From Vicugna vicugna (lineage: Eukaryota), in the NCBI GenBank assembly GCA_013265495.1, contig MU061578.1, positions 4,535,308-4,599,307 of the forward strand: DNA of 64,000 bases. The letters run 5' to 3'. Below, in pieces: positions 35,661-48,798 of this stretch; position 1 is the first letter of the stretch; every line of letters begins with the position of its first letter. Position numbers and translations under genes: made by a program. The notes beneath the pieces were generated by a model. The model saw only the letters and a program-made list of their open reading frames with translations. It had not been told where the DNA came from and searched no databases.

Positions 35661-38469
35661 TTCGCGGGTGTCCTGCGCTTCCGTAACTGTCTCGTCCTCC
35701 CCAGTTTTCTCTCCCTCTTGTCTCTCATCTCGTTTTCCCCTCTCTTCCCATCGTGCTGGTCCCGTCTGCTCCAATCTGGGGCTCTGACAGGCAAGAGAAA
35801 GTCTGAAGGAAGGGGTCGTGAGCGAGGCCTGGTCATCTCGCGGGGCCCTTAATGCCCATCAGGGAGGCGGCGCCGGCCCAGGAAGCTCTAGGCCATTACC
35901 CGAGCGTCAGATTAATGGCTTCACCCCCCCCACCAGATGGGCCCCCAGCCCTCCCTCTGGTAGTGACAAGACCTCTGCCCACAGCTACACCCCAGGCCCA
36001 GGCTCTGCCCCACCGCTGGGGGCACTGCTGCAGGGAGGTAGGTTCAAAGGAGGCCCCTTCCCTGAAACCCGAGCACAGGGCAACCCCACTCCAGGTGAAC
36101 CCAGGGTGGAGAAGGACTGGGAGGTCTGACATACCTACTCTGCTTCTGTCAGGTGTAGCAAGATGGCAGGAGTAGGGTGAGAAAGTGAGCATGAGGAAGT
36201 CACCCAGACCTCTGATCCCCTAAGACCTGAGAGCCTTCCCGCCTGCTGCTGGCCTCACCACACCTCCCCTAGCCCACTCCCCAGCGACCCGAACAGTTTA
36301 CAACCCAAACACCTTTCAGCGCACACTTCCAGGCCATTGCCCATGCTGCTCCTTTCACTTTGCTGCCTTACCTGTCTCCTCTGACACCTCCATCACAGTG
36401 GGGCTGAAGGAAGAGGCCTGGGAGACTGTCCATAGGGCTGCTTGGTCACCTTTCCTAATCTCTGTTACTCTCTCACTCATTCCTTCTCCCCCTTTGCAAT
36501 TGTTACCTGCAGGTCTCACTCACCCCGGAACTGCTGCCTTTATTCTGTAGCTGTTACTCACTTCCTTTGCTATTCATCCCCTTTGTTATTCAGATGTTGT
36601 CTTTGTTACTTTCTTACCTTTCTTGGGACTTCCTCGCTCCTCTTTTGCTTGGGGGCCTCCTTTGTTATTCTGGGATGCGGTGTTCCTGGCCCCTGGCTGT
36701 GACCACATCTCTTGGTTACCCCCCCACCATGTTCTGTTCCCATCCATTTTCATTCTTAGGGTGAGTCCTGGGCTGCAGAATGCTGATCTGAGAGCACTTG
36801 TTTTACAGAAGGAGGAGGTCTCAGAGCCTCCTGACCCAAGGAACCAGGGATCCCTACCTTTCCTACCCCTTGGTCTCCCATCCAGCCACCTCCCTTGACT
36901 CTGATGTGGCCTTAAAGCTATAGCCTGGCAGGTCCTAGGTGGTCCTGGTGACCCCTAAGCCCCACCTGGGGTGGTATATGGTGGACCCCACTGTCCACAT
37001 CCATCCTCATAGCCTCCTGGGGCAGCAGTACCAGGTTTGGTCCAGTAAGGGCAGTCACAGGGCAGACAGTCAAGCCTCTGGACAGACAGACAAATGGAGG
37101 TGGCTAGCCAGGCAGGAGCTTATGGCAGCATCAGCCAGGAACTCGGAGGTAGGGTAGGGGAGCAGCCATGCAGCCTCAGCCTAAGTGGATTTTAGGGGGA
37201 GAAGTTGGGGTGTGGATACCCAAGGGGCTGCGGCCCAGGAGGCTGCCTAGAGGCAGGTCCTGTGCTTGGGCGGGGGCTAGGAGCCCAGGCAAGGGCACTA
37301 GAGAGGAGAGAAGGAGCAGTAAGAACTGAGCTGAGCGTGCTTCTGCCCTCATGGGGAACTATCTGGGCTGGCTATGCCTGACCTCTGGGAACCAGGTATG
37401 TGCAGGGGGCTGAGCAGAGCTGGAGAGGGGCAGGCTGAAGGTGAGCCTGCAGCTCAGCCAGCTTCCTGTATGTGTAACTGAAAAAGCTGAAGAGTGTGGA
37501 CTTCGAATCTCACCACCTTGGGTCCAAGCGGAACTGGGGAATCTTGTATGGGTTTCTTTCCTCTCCAGATCTTAGTCTCCTGATCTGCAAAATGGCCCGA
37601 GACCCCTAGGGTTATTCCAGATCAAATGTCCTCAGAGAGGCACACAAAGCATACATTCCATCGGTTGGGGGGAAGGGGCACAAACACTGGTGGAGGTAGA
37701 CATAGGGCTGGGGCAGAGGAGGGGAGACTCAAAGGGGCCTGCTCAAGGGAACAGTTCCTGTGAATGCTGACCACGGGCCAGCGCTCAGAGGCCCAAGTCA
37801 TTAGCACTTCTCACCCCAGGTCAGGAGGAGGGTAGAAAGACCCCTTCTAGCCAGACAAGCTCCCCCAACCCTCTGCAGTAACCCATCAGGCTGGGATGGA
37901 CAGGGACAGGAGTAAGGGTCCCTGGCAAAAGGGAGGGGATGGTAGTCGGGAATGTTCAATGGACACACACAGCACAGATGGACATAAACACTTCTGGGGA
38001 GGGCCAGGAAGTCACTTGGTCGCCAGCCTACAGGATATAGGGCGGGGCTTCTGCCTGGTCAATTTCAAACTCCTCTTTTTGCCTCCTGGACCATCCTGGG
38101 ACTCTGTGCTGAATGAGGGCAGCTCTGGGTGCAGGAGGGATCCTGACACAGAAATGGGGAATGGGAGGGTGGGGGAGGAGAGGGGCTTCTCATGGAGCTT
38201 GGGCAGAGCTATGGCCCTTGTTCTTACCCTCTAGCCTCCATATGGGGGTCCCTCAGCTAACTCTCAGCCCCCTTCCCACCTCAAGAGCCTACCTTAGTAC
38301 AGGTGTGGAGCATACAGTAGGTGATCAATAAATGTTTCTGGCATAGGAAGCAAGGCTCTGGCGCTAAGGAGGTTGCCCAGCACAGCCATAGGAGGCTGTG
38401 GGGGCGAGACAGAGGGGTCTTGGTGATTCGGGGGTCTCCTGACCCTGCAGTCTCCCTGCTGGCCTCTCT

Positions 38470-39200
38470 GGATTGGCGGAGCGCCTTTGCAGGGGCATGG
38501 CCAGGGTGGCTTGGACCAGAGGCAGGGGCGGCAGGGAGAGCCGAGCCGGAGCCGCCGAGACTGCCGCCGGGTCCCCAGCGCCACCGCTAACTCTGCGCCG
38601 CCCCCGCGCCGGCCCTCGCGCCCCTGCCTGCCGGTGGCGGGCGTGATCGCCGTGGCCAGCCCGTGGCTGGCCGGTGGGCAGCCGGCGCCATGGCCGCACC
38701 GGAGCCGCTGCGGCCGCGCCTGTGCCGCCTGGTGCGCGGCGAGCAGGGGTACGGCTTCCACCTGCATGGCGAGAAGGGCCGCCGCGGGCAGTTCATCCGT
38801 CGCGTGGAGCCCGGGTCCCCGGCCGAGGCGGCCGCACTGCGCGCCGGAGACCGGCTGGTCGAGGTCAACGGCGTCAACGTGGAGGGCGAGACGCACCACC
38901 AGGTGGGTGCCTGCGCTCCGCCCCCGCCCCGCCGCCCCGCCACCGCCGCGTCCCCCACCCCATCCCCGGAGCGCGTCCCTGCCCCTAGCGCGCCAAAGGT
39001 GCCAGTGACCACCCGGGGCTCCGTGCTGTCTGCGCCCAGGCCTCAGCTCCCTTCTTGGGGCCAGGAGGGGATCGCACAAGGGCCTGCGTGGGCTCCCGTG
39101 GAGAGGTGGGAGACGTGGCCACGGAGGCACCGGCAGCCGACCTCCTTCCTAGCCTTCCCCACCCGGGTGGGTCCTGCAGCGCGGATGGGGAAAGAGATCC
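38470..39200. promoter_or_regulatory. CpG island of the NHERF2 promoter and exon 1
   Basis: Dense CpG and GC boxes around the ATG at 38690. Confidence 0.8.
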
Positions 39201-39585
39201 TGGCAAGGAGGGGCCCGCACTGCGGCTCTTCTGGTTCTCGGCCCTAGCTCTTTAGTCTTGTTCCGGCCTCAGTGCATTGTGTGGAGGAGTTGGCACCTCG
39301 GGGGTCTCCATTTGTATGCGAACCCCGGGTGCTTTTCTGTCAGTGTGTACACTTGTGGGTGTGTGCACAACTGGGTATATGTGTGAATATGCAGGTCCCT
39401 CTGAGGGTCATGCATGTGTGTACCTGAGGGGGGGTGTCACAATAAGGGCACACCTGTGTGTGCCTGCATCAATTGAGTGAGCATGTGTGTGTACTGGACT
39501 GTGTGCACGTGAGTTTACAGATCTGCACCCCCTAGATTTATGTGTGGGGACAGGTCTGTGTGCCTGGACGTGTGTGTGAGCTGGG

Positions 39586-39621
<36 letters not shown>

Positions 39622-42600
39622 ATACCCTCCTTGTTGTGGCTGCGTGCATATGTGGCCAGGCCTGTGTGTCTGCCTACCTGGTTATGTGTAGTTGCCAGTG
39701 TGTCTGCAGGCCGATATACTAGTGTGTGTCCTGTCTGATGGTGTCTGTGTCCTGGGGGATGTCGCCGGTGGTGGCAGCATGATCCTCTCATAGGAGGCTG
39801 CTGGGCAGCCTGGCAGGGTCACTCGCCACAGCCCATTGGCCCCCTGCAGCTGTAGATAAAGACTAGGGGGAGGTTCTCTGCAGGTTCTGACCCCTGACCC
39901 CCTGACGGGGGTCTCCATCTCTTACTGAGACTCACCTGGCTCGGGTCCAGTCTTCCTCCACCTGTTTAGCTCACGGTCTTCTGTGTTTCCCCAGCACCTG
40001 AGAGTGTGTGGCTAGCCCTGGGACCTAGGGATTAGTAAATCGGTTCTTGGCTGGGCTGGGAGCTGAACTCTTCTACCCTTGGAGCTTTTGTATATCCATC
40101 TGTCTAGCAACCTTCTTTCTTTTACTCAGTGTCAGCTGGGTAAGGCAGTTTGCTGAAGGAGGGTGGATGTCAGGGCCAGAGAGTTTGGCTTGATAGGCCA
40201 TGGGGAGGGCCTGGCAGACCTAGTACCTGGCCTCTGTGTAGCAGCCAGTGCCATCATTAACCCAAGGGTGATGCTTACCCCAGGCCTCCTGGAGTGCTAA
40301 TCTCTAAGAACTTAAGACACGGGACCATGTGACACCTTCCCACTATCCTGGGAGAGAGGAGGTTCAGTTACAGCTCCCATTTTACAGATGAGGAAATTGA
40401 AGCTTGGAGATACCGGATGACTCATCTAGGTCTCACAATCAGGAAGCATCAGGGTGCTGGGGTCCTCCTGTGACTCTGTGGGTCATGGGGAGAGGGAGGT
40501 ACAGAGGAGGGCTGGGGCAAACATGGGTCTGGTTCAAACTCTCCTATTTGTTGACAACATCTACTGAGCAACTGGTGGGGGTCCTGTCTGCCCTCCCCCA
40601 GGGCTCCAGTAGGGGTTGAGGTATTGCCCTTCCTACTGCAATGCCCAGTGGGCACTGCTCCTTCCCCTGCGGGCACACACTGGCATGTATGCTCCGTGGC
40701 CATACACATGCTCTTGACACTTCACAGACACCTGCAAATCACACCTCTCCCTCAGGTGGATCTGCCCCTCCCTACCTCTGCCTGCTGGGTCTCGATTCGG
40801 CTTATTGGGTGTTTTGTGGGTACCTGAGTAGGTGTTTTGTCTCAGGAACCCAGATGTTCTCTCTGCAGGTCCAGCAGCAATAGGTCCAAGATCATGGTCT
40901 GAAAGAGAACAGAAGGCCTAGAGGCAGAGATTTAGATTTCCACGTCTCACCACCAGAAAAGACAGAAGTAGGCACAGACACACTGAGACTGGGACTCAGG
41001 GAGACACCTCTCTCCCTCAAACCCAGATGGAGACAGACCTTGATGCAGAAAGATGCACACAGCAGACACTGTCTTTGTCACTTCCCGGCCCCTCCTGGAG
41101 AAGACCCTGGGCTGAGCCGAGGCCCTGCAAGTCCCTGGCAGCCCTTGCAGCCTGGGCCCTGGTGTCGGGAGCCCCAAGAGAAGAGGGAGGGAGCTGCCAG
41201 AGCCTGGGGGTGGGGGGTGGAGCCAGCGGGCCTCTCGGTCCAGCCGCCCACCCCTGCCCCTGCCTGCCACCCTGGGTCAGCCCTGGGTGGTACCACTGTG
41301 ATATGCTGCCCGGAGTGCTGGCCGTGACCTGCTCCCACCACCTACCTGTCCCAGGTGGTGCAGAGGATCAAGGCTGTGGAGGGGCAGACTCGGCTGCTGG
41401 TGGTGGACAAGGAGACAGATGAGGAGCTCCGCCGGCGGCAGCTGACCTGCACTGAGGAGATGGCTCAGCGAGGGCTGCCGCCTGCTCATGACCCCTGGGA
41501 GCCAAAGCTGGACTGGCCCCGTGCAGGCAGCCTCAGCTCTGAGGTTGGCCAGAAGGTATGGCGGGCTCTGCCCACAGGGACCACCCTGGCCTCTCCTAGA
41601 ACCACCTTCCCTGCCTCTTGATGGCATTCTCTGCCTCTGGTCCCTTCCGGAAGTATCTGTCTCCAACTCTTCTGCGTCTCTGGGCCCCTTCTCTGCCCCT
41701 GGTTACTACCCTCTTGGCCACTTGGAGCCACTCTTTCTGCCCTCAGCCTGTGTTCTAAACCAGCTGGGGTCAGGGCAGCCTTGCTCTGGTCCCTAGCCCC
41801 CGACTCCAGCCCTCTTCCCCAGAATGCTCATCAGAGCCACTTGTCCAAGGAGGGGTCACTCTGACAAGCCTCCCGCTCCCTGGCCTAGGGGCTGAGGAAC
41901 CCAGGGAGGGGCTGCTGGGAGGTCCTGGGACTGAGTGTGCTCAGCTCAGTGCCTGTGTTGGGCGTCTGTCTGCTTGTGGCTCCATCCCTGTCTGTTTGTC
42001 TGAGGAGCCCGCTTGTGCTGTGAAGACCTCAGAGGGGGATGGCCCTCCTCCATGGGGGCAGCTGAGGAGACTCTCTAAGCTGGGTACTCAGCTTGGGGTC
42101 TGTAAGGACTGGGGCCCCTCCCCCTTCTTGCTACCCCACCCTCCCTTCGCCCCAGTCAGGAAGAGCTAGGAAAGAAGGACGGGGTGCCTTGCCCTACCTC
42201 TTTCTAGATAGCAGGGCCTCGGGGGTGCCCCTCCCTGGGCAGCACTTGGAAGCCAGGCGCAGGAGCCTGGGGCTTTTTGTTCTGCTGTCCTGGAAGCCCC
42301 TTGTTACTGTCTCTCATGCTCCCTCTACCCTTTTTTTTTCCCCCTAAAGAGAAAAATCTGTTAAAAGGGGATTCAAGAGCAGGGGTTCCCAGATCCCACT
42401 TTGAGAACCAGTGGCCTAGGGCTGGTGGAGGTGTGAGATCTGAAGTTTCTGGATGTGCAGGGGACCCTGACATCTGCCTTGTGCCTTTCTTAAATGTCGC
42501 CTTTGCGCTAGCTGGTTGTGCCTGTGACCCGGATGCTGCAGGGCCTGGGGCTTTTTCTAGGGGAGACCGCCTTCCCAGTGGGAAGGCAGCCCCGGGCACA

Positions 42601-45600
42601 GGCCTGAGCATGAACCCCTGCAACCCTTTTTGTTCCCTGTGGCTTGAGGGCAGGTGTAGGGGTGGTGAGGGCCACAGTGCCAAGTCCTGGAGGCTGGACT
42701 TTGTCCCAGGAGCCACTGACAGCCAGAGTAGGGGGTGTTCGGGTCACATCTGTGTTCTCAGGGGAGCCCTGGGACCGCGTGCTGATTGACTGCTGTCGCC
42801 AACCTGAGGGCTGGGGCTCCCCTCCTTCCCAGGGCATCTCATCCCCAGGAGGAAGCGCCCCCTCCCCCTCGGCGTTTGTCCATTGATTTAGACACAAATG
42901 GCTGAGTTCACCTTCCTGTGGAAAAATCTGCCCTTGGGCCTTATCTGGAGGGTGGGGAGGCACCTTGTCCTTGGGTGGGACCTTCCCCTCCACTATTTCA
43001 GGCTCTGGGGACTGCAGGAAGCCCTAGGAGAGGTCTTCCTCTGGGTGTATTTTTAGAGGAACAAAGTGAGGCCTGTCCGGTCCCTCTGTGGTTGGGGCTG
43101 GCCTGGGGACAGGGACCCCAGAAGGTCAGGGGAGTCTCTGAGGACAGGGTCTCTCTCTTCCCTCCAGGCCAGAGACCCAGTATTTAATTATATGAGCTCA
43201 GAGCTCTGGAAGGACAAATGGGCCTCTGCTGACCTCCACAAACAAAGCTTAACTTTCACCCACCATGGGCTGCCAGGGAGCCTGGGAGGATGATGCTTAA
43301 ATGCAGGGCTGTGCCCTTATGGGCCTCCGAGGCAGCAGGACTGGAGAACTGAGGTGGGGTGTGTGTGGTTTGCTTTGGTGTAGGATGAAGGGGACCACCC
43401 CTGGTGCCCTAGGGGAGGGACAGACTAAGGTGGGAGTCAGAGCCCTATGGGCCCCCTTTCAGCCTAAGTTTCCTCTGTCCTGGGCAGGGATAGGGGAGGT
43501 GGCACAGAGAAGGACACTGATATCGCTGGGCCCTCCCTTCGGGGGGCTGGTCAGGGCCTCGTCAGTGGTGACTCAGCCCCGGGCCAGACTGGGCTGGGGT
43601 GGCTGCAGCTGCAGTGCAGCTGATCCTGACAGTGATGATAGGGGACCGCCCCCAGACGGAGATGGGGCAGCTAGCGGTGCCAGGGCTGTGGGGGTGTGAT
43701 AGGTGCTGAGCCCTCCTGTCCCTCATGCCCAGCCCGTCCCTCCACCTCCAGTTCTGGAGGCCTTCGGGGGCAGAGAGATAGTGAGGTGCCAGAGTCCTGC
43801 AGAGGGTGGCTGCCTACTATAGGTTTCTATGTCTACAAGAGGGCTTTGGGGCTCCCTGGTTCCTGCTCCCCGTCCCCCCATGAACTGCACCAGGACTGTC
43901 TTATGTTTCAGGGCTAGAGTCACCTCCTTGTCTCCCCAGCCCTGGGTCCTGGGAGCAGGGCAGGGCCTCCCAGCAGTTTCCTTCCTTACTTTCTTGGGAC
44001 GGAAATCCAGCTGGTGGGGGGTGCCTGGCTGGAGCCTGAGCAGGGAGGGGGGCTCCCCAAAGTGACTCAGCCCCATGCCCCCACCCATCCCTGGGGAACC
44101 TGTGCCACAGTTGGAGGCAGATAAATGGGGTGGCAGCCTGAGCAGGCCAGAGAGCTCAGGCCACTCCAGCTGGACGCTCCCTGCCTGCCACTGCTGTCCC
44201 GCCTCCCATGGCCCGCTCTGGGAAGGCTACACCACCCACCCTGGCCTCAGGAGGCCCTCCACGGAGCCCATCCCGGGGGCTTGTGCAGGTCAGGTGGGGT
44301 GAGGGTGGGGTGGGACGTAAGGACCCCAGCAGCCAGCTTAGCCTGTGTCCCCCAGGGTTGGGAGAAGGGACTCTAGGGACCCTGGTGACCATGGTATGAG
44401 CAGGCTGGACCCTAAGCAACAATGGGGGCCTTTCTCTGCCAGGGCTGGTGAGTCACCATCTGGGGGGGCACAGCCCGGCTTGGGGGTACTCTCATGCTAG
44501 CCTCTTTGTCTGATCACAGGCATGGCTGGGAGATTCAGGCTTGTCCAGCTCTGGGACCGCCAGGATGGGAACTGGGGCTTGGGAGCCTGTGGGAGCCTGA
44601 GGGCCCAGCTGGGAGGTGGCAGGAAGTGCTCTGAGCTAGGGCAGGAGCCAGGAATGTGAGCAATGCGGGGCCAAGCCTGCGCCCCCTCCTGATCCACTGC
44701 TCTCTCCGCCTCCCCACTGGTCCTCCGTGCTGGGTCTCCACGCAGCCAGGCTCCCCCAATTCCCATTGCAGCCCCTCAACCTGAGGGTCTAGGGCCTAGT
44801 TTGGCACTCCTTGGACCCTGACCGTAAGAGAGGGATTTAGGCCAGATATTAGGAGAAACCTCTTGGCCATGCTGGATTGAGGCAGGGAGACGGCCACTAT
44901 GGTCTCAAACCGGATGTGATTTCATTCAGCCTGGCCTCATGGCCCTGGATGCCCCCCCAATCCTGCTTCCCGTTTGGGGGCCTTGAGAGACCCCGCCCTG
45001 GAACCATTGTGGAGGGCGTGGGAAGAGGCCACAGGGCCCGCCGCAGAGGGACGTCCTTTCATGCAATAGGTCACTGTGCACGTCTGTTTGCAAGCGTATG
45101 TTTGGCTGTCTGGTCTCTGCGACCCTGTGATTTGCTTCTGCCACTTGGGCCCATGGCCACATGCGAAGTGTGGTCCTGTAGCACCTCCACGTTCCACGCA
45201 TGGCCCTAGCCCTGGCTCTGCTCCATCTGGCCCAGCTTGGGACCTGTGCTCTGACAGCCCAAACCTGAGAGGCACCTCCTGGGGAGGTGTGGGCCCGCCA
45301 CAGAGCTGCACACCTGTACTTCCAGGTGTGTCTGGGGGAGGGGATGAGTCTGTAAATGAGGTCCTGGAGAACTTGGGGGTCTCACAACCCCCAGTTCAGC
45401 CCACATTGCCTGGCCACGCCGCTGGGGGCTGGAGGAGCAGCAGCCCAGTCCCCAGAGTTCCTGGGGTTTCAGGGCAGATGGTGGCCTGCAGTGGGGGTCC
45501 GAGGGGGCAGGCTTTGAGGGTCGGGGAAGGAGTCCTGGAGAAGGGACACAGGCTAAACCAGAAGGTGTTCCCCATAGGTAGGAAGGCCCAGAGACCAGGG

Positions 45601-48332
45601 CAAGTTACCATCCTGTGAAGAAAGACATGCTTGGTTCCACAGCCAGGCGGCCTCAGTCGGATTTGGGATTTGGAAGGAGCTCGGAGGCCTGGAAGCTGGC
45701 CCTCCCTCAGTACTACCCCCGGCCTGGCCCAGGGTCTGTCTGTCACCACACACAGGGAGGTGGAAGGAAAGGAAGGGGCCCCGGTGAGCACCCCCACCTC
45801 GCATAGTCTCACCTACATGCGCACTTGGGCCCCGAGCGTCCAGGAAACCTGAGCTGCTGGCTGCCCGCTCACTCCGGCCACCGCCATGTTGAGTTGAGCA
45901 CCAGCGGCTGCTGGCCACTCAGCACTGTGGTCACTGCCTCAGGCCCCAGCTGGGTGGGGGTACTGGGGTCTGGCCCCTGCCTGCACGGCTCCCCACACCC
46001 CACAGCCAGAGCCCTACTGCAGGATGCCAGAGGTAAGGGAGGCAGGGGCTTGGGGTGTGGATGGGGGCACCCTGGGCCTGCTGGGTGGGCAGAGAAGGTG
46101 GGAGGGCAGGCTCCATCCTCGGCCCTCTCACTCTCTCCCTCCCTGGGCTCCAGCTCAGGCATCTCTGGGCCCTGTGGGGGTGAGGGCAGCTCCAGTTTGC
46201 TCTGGAATGTGAAAGCAAACACAAAAACGGCTAGCCACACTGCCACCAGTCCTATGGAGACCTTTGGGAGAGAAAACAAAACTGCCAGGTCCAACCCGGC
46301 CAGTCCCACGCTGTGAGGGGGGGGGTTGGTGGGGAGCAGGTGGGGCCCAAGGGGACAGCCCTCCTAGAACACTAGCCCATCTCACCTGGTCTCTCCTAGG
46401 ACCCTGGTCTGTGCTCAGCTCTATCCTTGAGCCCACTGATTCTCCCAGCACCCCCGTAAGGCCCTTGATCCCATTGCTAGTGATTTTGGGGTTTGGAAAC
46501 TGAGACTTTGTCCAAGATCCTGAAGCTGGATTGGTCACAGGCAGCCTCAAGGGTCCCCTGGGGCATGGGTGTGAAGCAGCAGTGTTGATCTCTGCCATCT
46601 GGGATTGCTGAGGGGGTGGGTGAGGGCATGATGCCAAGTGTGGGGTTGGGGCTCCCTCCTGCCACCTTTGTGGCTGTGTTCACACACTGGGCGGGAGGCC
46701 TCAGGGGTGGGGTCAGTGCCTCTAAGGGTGGGAGGTCAGGGCTGGAGCCTTACCCGCATTCCCTGTGCCTGCAGGATGTCAATGGGCCCCTGAGGGAGCT
46801 GCGCCCGAGACTCTGCCACCTGCGAAAAGGTCCCCAGGGCTACGGGTTTAACTTGCACAGTGACAAGTCCCGGCCTGGACAGTACATCCGCTCTGTGGAC
46901 CCAGGTTCACCTGCCGCTCACTCTGGCCTCCGTGCCCAGGACCGACTCATCGAGGTACCTGCTGCCGGGACTTGGGGTTCCGGGTACCCCGTGTGTGAGT
47001 GTCTGTGTCTGTGTCTGTGTCCTTTCTGTATGTGTCTTCACCCATGCCCTTCCGTGTGTGTGTGTGTGTGTGTGTGTCTGGGCCCTGGGTCCTCACTGGG
47101 TGGAGGGGAGATGCCAGGAACCTGAGCTGTCACTCCTCTTGCTGCTGTAGCTGGTGACAGTATTGATGAATATTTGATACCACCCCTGGCTGGGTGGCTT
47201 GGGGGGCTGGCTGGGGCCTGCCCTCAGGCAACACTGACCCTATGCTGGTGGCGGCAGGTGAATGGGCAGAATGTGGAGGGGCTGCGCCATGCAGAGGTGG
47301 TGGCCATCATCAAGGCACGGGAGGACGAGGCCCGGCTGCTGGTGGTGGACCCCGAATCGGATGAGTACTTCAAGAGGCTGCGGGTCACACCCACCGAGGA
47401 ACATGTAGAAGGTGGGCTGCTGCCCTGGGGGCCAGGGCTGGGGTACAGCATTGAGGGGCTGGGTGGCCACTGACACACTGTCCCCACAGGTCCATTGCCA
47501 TCACCAGTCACCAACGGGACCAGCTCCTCCCAGGTGAGAGGGTGGAAGTGGACAGGGTGGACCCAGGTGGGCCCCTCTGGGGGGTCCCCAGGCTTGACAG
47601 AGTCCCTCCCGAGATCTCTGTCCTTGTGTAGTTACAGTGGCCCTGTCACTTCCAGCTTTAGTGCCCTGTGCATCCTGGGTCCTGGGTTAGCTACACCCCA
47701 GCCCCGTAGGACAATATAGTGGAGGCTCAGTGGCCATTGCCAAACCAAGGAGGAAATGCAGCTCTGGTGTATGCATGTGTGTATGTGTGTGTGCGTGTAA
47801 GCTTGTGTGTGCGCCAGCAGCTCCTGGGCGGGGCCCCTAAAGCCACGCCTTACCGTTGGTTTCCCAGCTCAATGGTGGCTCAGCATGCTCATCCCGAAGC
47901 GATCTGCCTGACTTAGACAAGGACACTGAGGTAGCGGGTGCCTGTCCACCTCCACTGCTATGTTCACACACTGGGGGGCCTGAGGCCCTGGGAGCGGGTG
48001 TCTGGAACTGACAGCCTGGGCTGTGAGGCCACTACCTCTAGGAAGCCCTCCTGGGCCTGCTGCCCCAGCCCTACCAGGTGGCCTCTGGTGTGAGCTCTCT
48101 GGGAAGGGTCACCTGTCCAGGGGCTTGGGTCCAGGGCTCACTCTGGCCACCTGCCTACCGTGTCCGCCCCTAGGACAGCAGCACCTGGAAACGCGACCCT
48201 TTTCAGGAGAGTGGCCTCCACCTGAGCCCCACTGCGGCTGAGGCCAAGGAGAAGGCAAGAGCCACTAGGGTCAACAAGCGGGCGCCGCAGATGGACTGGA
48301 ACCGGAAGCGAGAGATCTTTAGCAACTTCTGA
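38690..48332 (+). CDS. NHERF2: Na+/H+ exchange regulatory cofactor NHERF2 (E3KARP; two PDZ domains and ERM-binding tail); exons 38690-38902, 41355-41555, 46775-46954, 47258-47411, 47490-47533, 47868-47930, 48174-48332; 337 aa
   Basis: [46 protein letters not shown]... (PDZ1), [38 protein letters not shown]... (PDZ2), C-terminus [18 protein letters not shown]; exons sum to 1014 nt, all GT-AG. Alias SLC9A3R2. Confidence 0.97.
39587..39618. repeat. (TG)16 microsatellite within a degenerate GT-rich tract (about 39300-39760)
   Basis: Counted directly. Confidence 0.95.
44208..44288 (+). CDS. NHERF2: Candidate alternative first coding exon of NHERF2 ([27 protein letters not shown]), giving a PDZ1-less isoform
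   Basis: cccATGG start; 81 nt, phase 0, donor CAG|gtcagg; joins exon 3 (46775) in frame. It resembles my recollection of a human alternative N-terminus (MARSGSATPP...RLVQ). Confidence 0.6.
47054..47077. repeat. (GT)12 microsatellite in NHERF2 intron 3
   Basis: Counted directly. Confidence 0.9.
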
Positions 48333-48792
48333 GCCCCTCCCTGCCTGTCCCCCGGCCGGGCCTCCTCCCCGCACGGACCTTGGGCCTTGCCCCTTGGGCC
48401 CTGTCCACAGCTCCCCAAGCCTCAGTGGACAGGAGGGGGGCATCCTCACCCCCTAAGCTATGGTGGTCCCACCACCACCCAGGAACCCGTGCCCTAGCGA
48501 GCCCTGATGCTGCCTCCTCCCTGCTGGGTGCTGGGGGAGCATGGCAGCAAGATGGGGACAGGGAGCCCCTAAGATGTGAGAGACACCCAGAGAGAAAGTG
48601 ATCAGAGAAGAGAGAGGGAGAGGCAGTGGTGATCGTGGGGCCAGGCCCTTGCTGCTCTGCCTGGGCCTGCTGACTTAAAGGAATTTGTGTTACTGCTTTT
48701 TTTCCAAAAAGAGCTCTAGCTCCACACATGTTTCCACTTACACCAGAGCCCCCGCCTCCACCACCCTCAGGACATGCTCTCTAAATAATTGC

Positions 48793-48798
48793 AATAAA
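48793..48798 (+). terminator. NHERF2 poly(A) signal AATAAA
   Basis: AATAAA about 460 nt after the stop, followed by a pyrimidine-rich tract. Confidence 0.75.

Noticed and set aside
35013-35774. 253-aa minus-strand ORF
   Set aside because: Starts at TTG, spans a GC-rich promoter element and has no recognisable features.
45869-46309. 146-aa minus-strand ORF with a hydrophobic N-terminus ([19 protein letters not shown])
   Set aside because: GTG start, antisense within a NHERF2 intron, and the hydrophobic run is just the complement of an A-rich motif patch; no splice or poly(A) support.
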